Assembly (NCBI GenBank): GCA_951406725.2
Contig: OX597841.1
Coordinates: 13,578,001-13,642,000, forward strand
DNA length: 64,000 nucleotides
Direction of reading: 5' to 3'
Source: Octopus vulgaris
Lineage: Eukaryota
The stretch's first letter is position 1, and the number at the start of each line of letters is the position of its first letter. Made by a program: the position numbers and the translations under genes. The notes beneath the pieces were generated by a model that saw nothing but the letters and a program-made list of their open reading frames with translations, was not told the DNA's origin and did no database searches. This document shows positions 38,508 to 52,172 of this stretch, piece by piece.

Positions 38508-38755
38508 TTGGGCTGGTGCATAATTATTGCGGATTTTTTTCAACAAATTTTATTCAACAAAAACAACAATAACATGTAACAAAAACATCTTTAAATGATT
38601 ATTCTGGAGCATAGTCACCATCTACTTCAATTACTGCTTCCCATTTGCTTGGCAGACAGTCAAAACCATCATTTAAAGATGTTTTTGTTAAATGTTCTTA
38701 TTGTTTTTGTTGAATAAAATTTGTTGAAAAAAAGCCGCAATAATTATGCCCCAAC

Positions 38756-38759
<4 letters not shown>
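38508..38759. mobile_element. mariner-derived MITE
   Basis: TA flanks; TIR ttgggctggtgcataattattgcgg / ccgcaataattatgccccaacccaa extending to about 90-bp arms. The internal minus strand reads LPSKWEAVIEVDGDY, like a mariner transposase C-terminus. Confidence 0.85.
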
Positions 38760-38797
<38 letters not shown>

Positions 38798-39460
38798 CAG
38801 AGAGAGAGAGAGAGACCAGAGACAAATAAATGTGACTTGTGCAGAGAAGAATTTTACCAGATTATGTTATCATAAATTCTAGGCAAGAACAATTTTTACA
38901 ATGCTTGCATATGAAAAAAATAAACCTTTAAACAATTATAAATAAGTTTCAAATAATCAAACAACCAAAATAAATAACATTAAATGAAATATTCTGAATT
39001 AAACAACTCTAGGAAGCAAATGATTCTCCAATCAATGCTTCGAATTCAAAACAGAGTTCACGTTTGCAGTAACGTCTAACACCACTTCATTCAACGCAAT
39101 ACTAAAATTAACTTAAAACTCTAACCAGTTCAATATGAAAGGAAACTAGAGGGAAGACCCTGAAGACCCTGAAGAAACTACACGGGTCCTGCAGCAAAGT
39201 TGGAAATGCAACAGCTACAAAATGATGTCGTGGAAACAGATGTAGGGCAATATTAAGCTGTATTTAGATCTAAAGTAAAATTCACAAAATGCTACTTCAG
39301 TATACTCATTGCTGTGTGGTAAGTAGCTTGCTAACCAACCACATGGTTCCGGGTTCGGTCCCACTGCGTGGCATCTTGGGCAAGTGTCTTCTGCTACAGC
39401 CCCGGGCCGACCAATGCCTTGTGAGTGGATTTGGTAGACAGAAACTGAAAGAAGCCTGTC

Positions 39461-39531
<71 letters not shown>

Positions 39532-40139
39532 TCTGTCCCCCTAGCATTGTTTGACAACCGATGCTGGTGTGTTTACGTCCCCGTCACTTAGCGGTTCGGC
39601 AAAAGAGACCAATAGAATAAGTACTGGGCTTACAAAAGAATAAGTTCCGGGGTCGAGTTGCTCGATTAAAGGCGGTGCTCCAGCATGGCCGCAGTCAAAT
39701 GACTGAAACAAGTAAAAGAGTATGTGTGTGTATATATATATATATATATATACACACACAGACACACACACACACACTCACACTCACACACACTTTATTG
39801 AAAAGCAGCAGAAATATCACAAAAGCTGATACTCAGAGTTTCACGTTCCCGTTTGGTGGACAGTTTTGTTTAGAAAACTGTCTCATTTTTGCCAGGTATG
39901 TGGACTGGAGCGATGTGAAATGAAGTGCCTTGCTCAAGGACATAAACGTGCTACTGGGGGGGGGGTTGAACTCATGACCCTAAGATCTTGAGCCAAATAC
40001 TCAATCCTCTGAGCCATGAGCCTTCACCAAACCATCCAAGCCATGCCCCCCCCCCCTCCCCGGGAAGAGAAGACATTCAACGATGAGGAGGAGGAGGATA
40101 CAGCCACATGTAAACATGCATACATACACTCATACATAT

Positions 40140-40360
40140 ACAAGGACATACACACACGTACAGGTACTTGCATACAAACACACACACATGTACAGGTACA
40201 CGCATACACACACACAGGTACTTGCATACACACACACACGTACAGGTACACAGACACACACACACACGTACAGGTACAGACACACACGTACAGGGACACA
40301 CAGACACGTACAGGTACATAGACACACACACGTACAGGTACACACAGACACACAAGTACA
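40140..40360. repeat. Minisatellite (cacacacgtacaggta variants)
   Basis: Direct inspection. Confidence 0.85.
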
Positions 40361-40720
40361 GAGATTAAAGAACTTCCTGAGAAAGATAACAATAATATTT
40401 GTTATATCAATGAGTGACTGAGAATGTGTGTGTGTGTGTAAGTGTGTGTGTGTAAGTGTGTGTGTGATGGGCTCTTTATTAAAAACAGGAAATGTAAAGG
40501 CTTTTTTAGAAATTTGCACATATTTGAAAAAGAAGGGCAGAGTGTGTGTGGATACACACACACAATGTGTGATATTGAGTCGAAAGGTGAGATCCTACTC
40601 TACATTTGTATGCATCACACACACAAGCATTTAACTTATGCTAGCAGGACGACAAATACATGAGTGTGTGTGTGAGTGTGCACACCTATGTGTATCTATA
40701 ATCACGTGTTTATTTATATA

Positions 40721-40757
<37 letters not shown>

Positions 40758-40834
40758 GGCGTAGGAGTGGCTGTGTGGTAAGTAGCTTGCTTACGAACCA
40801 CATGCTTGTGGCTTAGTGGTTTGTAAGGACATAT

Positions 40835-40899
<65 letters not shown>

Positions 40900-41393
40900 T
40901 ATATATACATACATATATATGCATGTATGCTCTTTGCTTGTGTGTGTCTGCATCACTGTGTCAAACGTGACAAGCTAGCAGAACAAATCTTTTCAAAACA
41001 ACCCAATTATTCAGCCGGAAGGCGGGGGGTGGGGACACACACAACACAGAAATGTGTGCACACACACACAGACACACACACACACAATAGAAACACAACA
41101 CACAAATACTTCTGTAATTTGAATGTGGGACAGCCTAAGCCTCCAGGAGCTATAGATATAAACATATACTGAGAGAAGCCTGTCGTATATTCTCTTTTAC
41201 TCTCTTTTACTTGTTTCAGTCATTTGACTGCGGCCATGCTGGAGCACTGCCTTTAATGGCGAAAAACCCGACCCCGGGACTTATTGTTTGTAAGCCCATT
41301 ACTTCTATCGGTCTCTTTTGCCGAACCGCTAAGTGACAGAGACATAAACACACCTGCATCGGTTGTCAAGCAATGTTGGTGGGACAAACACAG

Positions 41394-41436
<43 letters not shown>

Positions 41437-42078
41437 TACGACGAGCTTCTTTCAGTTTCCGTCTACCAAATCCACCCACAAGGCTTTGGTCGGCCCAAGG
41501 CTATAGTAGAAGAAACTTGCCCAAGGTGCAGCCAAATGGGACTGAACCCAGAACCATGTGGTTGGTAAGCAAGCTACTTACCACACAGCCACTCCTGCAC
41601 CTATATATATATATATATGTTTGTGTGTGTGTGTTTCTCCCCCCTCCCAACATCGCTTGACAACTGATGGTGCTGTGTTTACCTCCCCGTAACTTAGCGG
41701 TTCAGCAAAAGAGTCCGATATAATAAGTACTAGGCTCACAAAGATTAAGTCCTGGGGGTCAATTTGCTCGACTAAAAAGGCAGTGCTCCAGCATGGCCAC
41801 AGTCAAATGACTGAAACAAGTAAAAGAGTAAAAAAAAAAAAAAGGAGTAAGAGTGAATCCCGCAATCAAGGCGATGCTCCAGCCTGGCCGGTGTCTGATG
41901 ACTGAAATGAGCCGAAAGATAGAGACACAGAGACACACAGACACACGCAGACAATTGGAGCCACGAGAGAAATAGGAAAACAAGTACCACATACCTGACT
42001 GACAGAAATAATGAGAGGAGGAGGGGGAGGAGAAGGAAGAGAGGAGGAGGAGGAGGTGTGCCTAATTACATAGCAGAG

Positions 42079-42116
<38 letters not shown>

Positions 42117-45100
42117 AGCAGTGTCACAATGTTGCATAATTAGGTTATATGCTTCAATTACAGGGGGGAAAGGTGGTGTGTGTGGAGGGAGGTGCGGAGG
42201 GTGGCGAAGGAGAGCAGAGAAGGGGGCAGGGTGGGGCAGGAGGTGGATGAGGTAGGGAGAGGAATAATGTTTCAAGACCCTATCTTCTAGGCCAGTGATT
42301 CTCAGCCCGTTTTTTGTTTTTTTACCTGTGGATCCCCTTCGGGGTTCCTATCTTAGTCAGATGGGACCCACAGAGCCATTAGGAATTTATATATAAAAAA
42401 AAAAAATTGTTGAAATATTTTGAGTTTTGTAGAAATGGGAGACCCACTTCGGTCATGAATGACCATGGGATTGCACCTAGAAAGTTCCCTCCTGGGGTAC
42501 ATGTCCAGGCAAGGTTGTTTATGGAAGACCAACAGTCGCCCATGCATACCAGCCTTCCCCCTCTCCATGCCACTGATGTTATCCAAGGGAATGCCAAAGG
42601 GGCCAATACATTTCTACAGTTGAGTGAAGTGGAGCAACGTGAAATAAAGTATCTTGCTCAAGAACACAAGACAGCCTGGTCCAGGAATCGAACTCCCTAC
42701 CTCAGGATTGTGAGCCCAACGCTCTAACCACTGAGCCATGCGCCTTCGTTGTACAAGGGGAACCAATTTTTTATAGATAAACTTTAATGACAAAATTTTA
42801 CGTGAACCCCCAAGGGCCATATGAATCCTGGTTGAGGGCTGTGGGTAAAGCCCAAAGTAGATGATATTGTTGAGTATACTGACCAGCTGACGAACCAATG
42901 AGGGAGATCTTTAGGGATCATTGTTGTTAAATGCTTAAACGAATCTGTGAAACCACAACCCTCAGTAAAAATAATGGTAATGATGATAATCCTTTATACT
43001 AAAAGCATAAGGCCTAAAATTTGCAGAGATGGGTAAGTCAATTACATCAACCCCAGTGTTTCACTGGTACTTAATTTATTGACCCCAAAAGGATGAAAGG
43101 CAAAGTCAACCTTGGTGGAATTTGAACTCAGAACATAATGACAGACAAAATACCTATTTCTTTACTACCCACAAGGGGCTAAACACAGAGGGGACAAACA
43201 AGGACAGACAAAGGGATTAAGTCGATTACATCAACCCCAGTGCGTAACTGGTACTTAATTTATCGACCTCAGTAGAATTTGAACTCAGAACGTAACGGCA
43301 GACAATATACCACTAAGCATTTCACCCAGTGTGCTAGCATTTCTGCCAGCTCGCTGTCTTTAAAATGATTCTTTTATACTATAGGCACAAGGCCTGAAAT
43401 TTTGGGCAAAGGGTGTAGTCGAATAGAATGACCTCAGTATTTCACTGGTACTTAATTTATTGACCCCGGAAGGATGAAAGGTAAAGCTGACCTCGGCAGA
43501 ATTTGAACTCAGAATGTAACAGTAGATGAAATACCGCTAAGCATTTTGCCCGGTGTGCTAACGATTCTGCCAGCTCACTGCCCAAAGACACTATAGACAA
43601 TTGCCCCCTCTAGCCCTTGTTTAGAGCAGTGCCTTCCACTCTTGCCATTTTCACTCGTTTTGCTTAAATTTTGTAGCAAGTCATAAAAGGCGGCAATATG
43701 ACATAATGGTCGTTTGCGCAAACAAGCATAACTGTTGGTAATCCCATTGGTTAAAACCACTGCCCATATACGAATTCTAAACTTTCGTCAAAGAGAATTC
43801 TTTCACGAAATACGGTTTTTAGAATTTGGATATGAGCAGTTATAAAAAGCCTGATTTTGGGGGAAATTACTCAATGATCGTAGGATGTTACTAAATTCCA
43901 TGACACTCACTCTTTGAGATGTTGGCTATTTTTTTCATGTCATGTCTGTGACTTAGATCCAACAAGTAGGATGAAAGACTAAGTTGACCTTGGTGGAATT
44001 GGAACTCAGAAATGTACAGCTGAACTCAGAACATAGCGGCGGACAAAATACCTATTTCTTTACTACCCACAAGGGGCTAAACACAAAGGGGACAAACAAG
44101 GACAAACAGACAGATTAAGTCGATTACATCGACCCCAGTGCATAACTGGTACTTATTTAATCGACCCCGAAAGGATGAAAGGCAAAGTCGACCTCGGCGG
44201 AATTTGAACTCAGAACGTAACGGCAGACGAAACACGTATTTCTTTACTACCCACAAGGGGCTAAACATAGAGGGGACAAACAAGGACAGACAAATGGATT
44301 AAGTCAATTACATCGACCCCAGTGCGTAACTGGTACTTATTTAATCGACCCCAAAAGGAAGAAAGGCAAAGTCAACCTCAGAACGTAACGGCAGACGAAA
44401 TACGGGCGACGCATTTCGCCCAGCGTGCCAACGTTTCTGCCAGGTCACTGCCTTGATGATGATAATGATAATAGTAATAATAAATATCTGAGATAGGTAC
44501 AAGGCCAAAACTTTTCCATGGTAGCGAAGGAGGGGGGGGCAGGGTTGACAATTATATCAACACCAGCTCTTGACTGGCTGTTTCATTTTATTGACACCCT
44601 CCCTGCTGTCACTAGAAGGAGAGAGAAAGACAAGAAATTAACTCAAATCTGAGGCAGTAGCAGCAGCAGCAGCAGCAGAACATAATAATAATAATAATAA
44701 TAATAAAAATAATAATAATATATTGAATCTTTAAGTCAGTGTAACCTCCCCTTGAACAAACAAGCCTCTCTCTCTCTCTGTTCCTCCCCTTAAACAAACA
44801 CAAAACTCCTTTCATCTCCTTCTCTCTCCTTTGTCTCTCTCCCTCCCTCCCCATGTCTGTTTTCTGTCTGTGTGTCTGTCCCAGGATTCTTATTAAACAT
44901 TGTCCTTGTTTAAAGATTAGAAGCAACTGGTGGTGGTGGGGGGGGGAATAAAGGAAAAAGAAGGGAAGAAGATCAGTTGAAGCAATCTCCCCCACCCCAC
45001 CCACCGTGACCACCCGGGGTGAGGGGTGGGGGTGGGGGGAGCCTAACAACTTGCATTTGCAAACAACATTCTCCTTGCTCTTGTCAAATACACAAGAGGT

Positions 45101-45538
45101 TTTCTTAATTAGTTTTCTTAATTATTTTAATTTTAATTTTATCTTAAGGTGGCAGGGTAAGAAAGGGTGGGTGGGTGGGGGAAACAAATCTACAGGAATA
45201 GCATGGGGAGGGGGGAAGGGAACAAACGAGGCCTTGGGGGTTCTTAGTTCTAGTTTCCTTAACAGTTTTGTGTTCAAATTTGACCAAGGGCAACCTAGCT
45301 TTTTTTGCACATCCCATGGGACCCGATCCAGTAAAATAAAGTACCGGTTGTCATCCGGTGAAGCAAAATGCTACTCTCATCCAGTGATGTAAAGCACCTC
45401 TCGTCCTGGCAAAACAAAACACACTGAAGCCAATAAAATGAAGTACCACTTGGCTGATAAAATGAAGTACCATTCTGCCGACAGAATGAAGTACCACTCA
45501 GCTGATAAAATAAAATAAAGTAAATAAAATAAAATAAA

Positions 45539-45935
45539 GGCGCAGGAGTGGCTGTGTGGTAAGTAGCTTGTTTACCAACCACATGGTTCCGGGTTCAGTC
45601 CCACTGCGTGGCACCTTGGGCAAGTGTCTTCTACTATAGCCTCGGGACGACCGAAGCCTTGTGAGTAGATTTGGTGGACGGAAACTGAAAAGAAGCCCGT
45701 CGTATATATGTATATAAATATATATGCGTGTGTGTGTCTGTGTTTGTCCCCCCTAGCATTGCTTGACAACCGATGCTGGTGTGTTTATGTCCCCGTCACT
45801 TAGCGGTTCGGCAAAAGAGACCGATAGAATAAGTACTGGGCTTACAGTAGTCCCGGGGTTGAGTTGCTTGACTAAAGGCGGTGCTCCAGCAAGGCCGCAA
45901 TCAAATGACTGAAACAAGTAAAAGAGTAAAGAGTA
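45539..45935 (+). mobile_element. SINE family 1, full-length, inserted in a 24-bp minisatellite
   Basis: ggcgcaggagtggctgtgtggtaag...gaaacaagtaaaagagtaaagag. The aaatgaagtaccact units occur on both sides. Confidence 0.9.
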
Positions 45936-46269
45936 CCACTCTGCCGATGAAATAAAGTACCAGGCCTTGTGGGTGTTTATCGAGCAGTGGGTGGTGGCAA
46001 ACCCTGCTGTACTCTTTCACCACAACTTTCTCTCACTCTTTCTTCCTGCTCTTGTTGTACCTGTATTTGAAAGGGCCAGCCTTGTCACACTCTGTGTCAT
46101 GCTGAATCTCTCCGAGAACAACACTAAGGGTGCACATGTCTGTGGAATGCTCAGCCACTTGCACATTAATTTCACGAGCAGGCTATTCCATTGATTGGGG
46201 CAACTGGAAACCTCGTCATTGTAATTCATGGAGTGCCATAGTAATATATATATATATATATATCCTTAA

Positions 46270-46645
46270 ATACTTAAAATTGTTTCAGTCCGAAGGCCGC
46301 GGCCATGCTGGGGCACCACCTTTGAACGTGCTACACTAGTATGTGAAACCACCTCTGATACACGGCACTTGGTCAACAAGGGAGTTCGACGCCGCTGCCC
46401 GCATCTGTGTTTCCTGCTGAGAGGTAGGTTCATCTGGAACCCTTGATAAGAAGAGATCCAGTTTAGTTTTAAAGAAACCCACATCCACACCATGCAGGTC
46501 TCTCAGGCATTTAGGAAGGATATTGAAGAGCTTGGACCCCTGAAACCCAAGCTGTTGCAGTACCTGGTCCTGTATTTTGATGGTGACGTTGGGATCTTTG
46601 GCACCATGCAGTGGCTCCCCGTTCAGCTGTTGGGGTAACTTTCAA

Positions 46646-46647
<2 letters not shown>
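46270..46647 (-). mobile_element. 5'-truncated CR1-group LINE related to 32948-33200
   Basis: ...KLFNILPKCLRDLHGVDVGFFKTKLDLFLSRVPDEPTSQQETQMRAAASNSLVDQ, followed by GGTGGTGCCCCAGCATGGCCGC...CTGAAACAA. Confidence 0.85.
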
Positions 46648-46696
<49 letters not shown>

Positions 46697-47291
46697 TTCC
46701 GGGTTATGTGTGGCACCTTGGGCAAGTGTCTTCTACTATAGTCTTGGGCCAACCAAAGTCTTGTGAGTGGACTTGGTAGACAGAAATTGAAAGAAGCCCA
46801 TCGTATGTATGTGTGTGTGTGTCTAGCATTGCTTGACAACCGATGCTGGTGTGTTTACGTTCCCGTAACCTAGCGGTTCGGCAAAAGAGACCGATAGAAT
46901 AAGTACTGGGCTTACAAAGAATAAGTCCCGGGTTCGATTTGCTTGACTAAAGGCGGTGCTCCAGCATGGCTGCAGTCAAATAACTGAAACAAGTAAAAGA
47001 GTATACAGTAAATACCTCACTTTGTGGAGGACCTGCTTAACGAGACCCTGGTTTTACAAGCTTTATTTTATAATTAATACAAAAGATAAAACAGCCATTT
47101 TGTGTGTGTGGCCAACGTGGCAACACTGGTCTTGACATGTCTACACAATGACGGAGTAAAATGACGGAGTAAAATTCCATTGCTTCTATGAGAAGTTATT
47201 GCTCTGATTTATGGGTTTCCACTTTATGAGCAGCATCCGGGAAGATATTAACCTGTATATCAGAGCATTACTCTGTGTGTGTGTGTGTGTG

Positions 47292-47347
<56 letters not shown>

Positions 47348-48353
47348 GAAATATGTTACAAAAAGAAAATAGAAACTACACGTGGTAATGTAAGGGGAAA
47401 GTAAGAAAAATAGACGAAAATACACATTGGAAATAAAAAAAAAAGTAAAGGCTTTTTATGCAAAGTAACAAAAGATATATACAATTAGATGAACTGAGGT
47501 AGGAATAAAAGTAATAAAAGTCATTATTGTGAGATTATTAAAGAGATTCAAACATACCAGTGGTTTTGTAAGTTACTAATCATTGCTTTGAATGCACACC
47601 AATTAATGAATGTGTGTATATATATATTTATAACGGGAAGCTTTATGAAAATAGACAAAAGACGAAGGCAGGTTTACGGAAATAAACAAAAGACGAAGAC
47701 AGGTGGAATACAAACAAACAATTGTATTAGTATGGCGCTCAGGAAATATAAATAAAACAATTCTTTAACGTTTCGAGCCTACGCTCTTCAACAGAAAGAT
47801 ACACAGAGAGAAAAAAAACACAGAAAGAAGGAGAGAAAAAAAATATGCGTGCAGAAGCTAGCGAATCAACATGGCGATCTGATTTCGGCCAGAAGTCAAA
47901 GATCAAACATGAGACGCAAGAGCGAAATTAGGGGAGATAATAGGGTTGAATGACCTTACTCCAACATAAGAGTGTGTGTGTATGAGAGAGTGTTAGTCTG
48001 GACGTGTGTATGTATATATGATGTGATGTGTAAAGTCGTATGGTGTAGTGTAGAGAGAGGAGATGAGGGAAGAGGGGAGGTAAGGGGGGTGTAAGGGGGA
48101 GGGGGGGAGAAGAGATATATATATATATACACACACAATATATTCTACAAAATGCTTCATAGTAATTATTTCGGCCCCTCAGAGGCAATGACGAAAGACC
48201 AAGACCCCGTGATGGGAAGGACACAAGATGTTTTCACACATATTTACAAGATATCAGTACCTGGGCATCAGCTTCATGAAAACCACAAAATTTCAATTAG
48301 CAAAAAAAAAAAGCAATATGTGCAAGTGTGGTTGTATGGGAAAATGTTTGCTA

Positions 48354-50473
48354 GGGTCCCTCACTCCCAGGGTCCCTCACTCCCAGTGGTCCCTCACTCC
48401 CAGTGGTCCCTCACTCCCAGGGTCCCTCACTCCCAGGGTCCCTCACTCCCAGTGGTCCCTCACTCCCAGTGGTCCCTCACTCCCAGGGTCCCTCACTCCC
48501 AGTGGTCCCTCACTCCCAGGGTCCCTCACTCCCAGTGGTCCCTCACTCCCAGGGTCCCTCACTCCCAGTGGTCCCTCACTCCCAGGGTCCCTCACTCCCA
48601 GTGGTCCCTCACTCCCAGGGTCCCTCACTCCCAGTGGTCCCTCACTCCCAGGGTCCCTCACTCCCAGGGTCCCTCACTCCCAGGGTCCCTCACTCCCAGT
48701 GGTCCCTCACTCCCAGGGTCCCTCACTCCCAGTGGTCCCTCACTCCCAGGGTCCCTCACTCCCAGGGTCCCTCACTCCCAGGGTCCCTCACTCCCAGTGG
48801 TCCCTCACTCCCAGGGTCCCTCACTCCCAGGGTCCCTCACTCCCAGTGGTCCCTCACTCCCAGTGGTCCCTCACTCCCAGGGTCCCTCACTCCCAGGGTC
48901 CCTCACTCCCAGGGTCCCTCACTCCCAGGGTCCCTCACCCCACTCCCAGTGGTCCCTCACTCCCAGTGGTCCCTCACTCCCAGTGGTCCCTCACCCCAGG
49001 GTCCCTCACTCCCAGTGGTCCCTCACTCCCAGGGTCCCTCACTCCCAGTGGTCCCCTCACTCCCAGGGTCCCTCACTCCCAGTGGTCCCTCACTCCCAGT
49101 GGTCCCTCACTCCCAGGGTCCCTCACTCCCAGGGTCCCTCACTCCCAGGGTCCCTCACTCCCAGGGTCCCTCACTCCCAGTGGTCCCTCACTCCCAGGGT
49201 CCCTCACTCCCAGTGGTCCCTCACTCCCAGGGTCCCTCACTCCCAGGGTCCCTCACTCCCAGGGTCCCTCACTCCCAGTGGTCCCTCACTCCCAGGGTCC
49301 CTCACTCCCAGGGTCCCTCACTCCCAGGGTCCCTCACTCCCAGGGTCCCTCACTCCCAGTGGTCCCTCACTCCCAGGGTCCCTCACTCCCAGGGTCCCTC
49401 ACTCCCAGTGGTCCCTCACTCCCAGGGTCCCTCACTCCCAGGGTCCCTCACTCCCAGTGGTCCCTCACTCCCCAGGGTCCCTCACTCCCAGGGTCCCTCA
49501 CTCCCAGTGGTCCCTCACTCCCAGGGTCCCTCACTCCCAGGGTCCCTCACTCCCAGTGGTCCCTCACTCCCAGGGTCCCTCACTCCCAGTGGTCCCTCAC
49601 TCCCAGTGGTCCCTCACTCCCAGGGTCCCTCACTCCCAGGGTCCCTCACTCCCAGGGTCCCTCACTCCCAGGGTCCCTCACTCCCAGGGTCCCTCACTCC
49701 CAGTGGTCCCTCACTCCCAGTGGTCCCTCACTCCCAGGGTCCCTCACTCCCAGGGTCCCTCACTCCCAGGGTCCCTCACTCCCAGGGTCCCTCACTCCCA
49801 GTGGTCCCTCACTCCCAGGGTCCCTCACTCCCAGGGTCCCTCACTCCCAGTGGTCCCTCACTCCCAGGGTCCCTCACTCCCAGGGTCCCTCACTCCCAGG
49901 GTCCCTCACTCCCAGGGTCCCTTTCCCTCACTCCCAGGGTCCCTCACTCCCAGGGTCCCTCACTCCCAGGGTCCTCACTCCCAGGGTCCTCACTCCCAGG
50001 GTCCCTCACTCCCAGGGTCCCTCACTCCCAGGGTCCCTCACTCCCAGGGTCCCTCACTCCCAGTGGTCCCTCACTCCCAGGGTCCCTCACTCCCAGGGTC
50101 CCTCACTCCCAGGGTCCCTCACTCCCAGGGTCCCCTCACTCCCAGGGTCCCTCACTCCCAGGGTCCCTCACTCCCAGGGTCCCTCACTCCCAGTGGTCCC
50201 TCACTCCCAGGGTCCCTCACTCCCAGTGGTCCCTCACTCCCAGGGTCCCTCACTCCCAGGGTCCCTCACTCCCAGGGTCCCTCACTCCCAGGGTCCCTCA
50301 CTCCCAGGGTCCCTCACTCCCAGGGTCCCTCACTCCCAGGGTCCCTCACTCCCAGTGGTCCCTCACTCCCAGGGTCCCCACTCCCAGGGTCCCTCACTCC
50401 CAGTGGTCCCTCACTCCCAGGGTCCTCCACTCCCAGGGTCCCTCACTCCCAGGGTCCCTCACTCCCAGTGGTC
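48354..50473. repeat. 2.1-kb minisatellite of interspersed 16-bp (GGGTCCCTCACTCCCA) and 17-bp (GTGGTCCCTCACTCCCA) units
   Basis: Direct inspection; about 130 units estimated from length. Confidence 0.98.
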
Positions 50474-50827
50474 TTCCATCATCATGCCAGACATCAACCT
50501 GGAATTTCTGGGGGATCTCTGCTATTGCTGGATGGTCACAGAACCTTATTCTAGGTTCCTCCATCCTTTAGTCATCGACGACCCAACCATGCAACAGGGT
50601 GTCCTGAATTCCATGGCACCAGAAATACTCATGAGAAACCTCACAAGTGACCTGACAGTCTGTTGGTTAATTTACATCCCTGTAACTTAGCAGTTCAGCA
50701 AAAGTGACCGTTAAATAAGTACTAGACTTTAAAAAAAAAAGGATTTACATCAAACTGTTTGACAGTGCCCCAGCATGGCCACAACCTACTGACTGAAACA
50801 AATCAATGATAAAAGAATGTATCTTAC

Positions 50828-50909
50828 CTGTTCTGTGATGTTATCAACAGGTAGTGTTATCTACTCATAATCAACTTCGTTAGTCCAAGAAATTTGTTTC
50901 TCGCCTCCT
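50828..50909 (-). other. Candidate internal non-coding exon (82 nt) on the minus strand
   Basis: ttttttttccatctttctttAG|AGGAGG...AGAACAG|GTAAGA. Strong acceptor and donor in unique sequence. Confidence 0.55.
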
Positions 50910-51195
50910 CTAAAGAAAGATGGAAAAAAAAACTAGTAAAAATACATCAAAACAGATTTTCCCAATATTTTGTGGCAGGAAGTTTAGTTCCCATCCAAAA
51001 GATTCTGGGTTCCTCAGGAAAGCAACTTGTATAAGAGTCTTGTAGCATAGACCCAGGCCAACCAGTGCTTCGTCAGTGGATTTGGTAGACGGAAACTGAA
51101 AGAAGCCCCTCGTATACATATATAACCACCTCACCTGTGCCACGTAAAAAGCAGTAAGTCCAGTCTGCTGGGTGGTTGGTATTAGGAAGGGCATC

Positions 51196-51510
51196 TCTCA
51201 TGGAAGCGCCATCCAACCAAAATGCAAATATATGGGAAACTACCACCTGTGTCATCTCTTGTGAAAGGTAGGAGAGTCCAGTTTGCTGGACATTGTTGTT
51301 GAGCTGAAAAAGAACTAATTTCTACTCTTCTCCCCTGGAAGCCATCTACTCGCAATACCAGAGGGCGCACACTCTCCTACCCTGATGTAATCTCCAGGGA
51401 TACAGGCATCCAGCAACAGGACCTCCGTAATGCCATGATGGACCGTGAAGTCTGGCGCAACATGGTAAATTCCATTGTCTCGACCACGGTCGAACAATGA
51501 TGGTGATGAT
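51196..51510 (+). mobile_element. 5'-truncated RTE-like LINE (second family) with 7-bp TSD
   Basis: SWKRHPTKMQIYGKLPPVSSLVKGRRVQFAGHC...MMDREVWRNMV, a GAT tail, and GGGCATC on both sides. Confidence 0.8.
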
Positions 51511-52127
51511 GGGCATCCAGCTGCAAAAAACCCTGCCAAAACAGTCACAGAAGTCTGGGGCTGGCTGGCGCTCGTGAAACTGTCCCACCCATGCTAGCAT
51601 GGAACACGGATGTTAAATGATGACCATTGGTGGCACGTAAAAAGCACCCACTACACTCTGCTGAGTGGTTGGCGTTAGGAAGGGCATCCAGCTGTAGAAA
51701 CTCTGCCAGATCAAGATTGGAGCCTGGTGCAGCCATCTGGTTCGTCAAAATCGTCCAACCCATGCCAGCATGGAAAGCGGACGTTAAACGATGATGATGT
51801 ATACACATATTTTATATACATATCTCTCACACACACACACATATATACATCACAAGATGGTGATTTCAATTCCCAGATAGAGTGTTGCATTGTATTCTTG
51901 AGCAAGACACTCCATCCCTTGCTGCCCTGCAATCAATTTAACACCTGACGTGTGGTACACCTTGCACCTGTTCAAGGAATGTCAATTTGATGAAGAGAGT
52001 GAGCTAACCATCATCATCATCATCATCATCACCCAGTGTTTTAAAATCCGGCAGGTGTCTTCTGCTATGTTGGGGGGGTCAAACACAGACACACACATAT
52101 ATATGTATGTATGTATGTATGTGTGTA

Positions 52128-52172
<45 letters not shown>

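Noticed and set aside
48152-50690. Three overlapping 720-820 aa ORFs
   Set aside because: They come from the 16/17-bp minisatellite, which lacks stops in all + frames. The units are not multiples of 3 and there is no codon structure.
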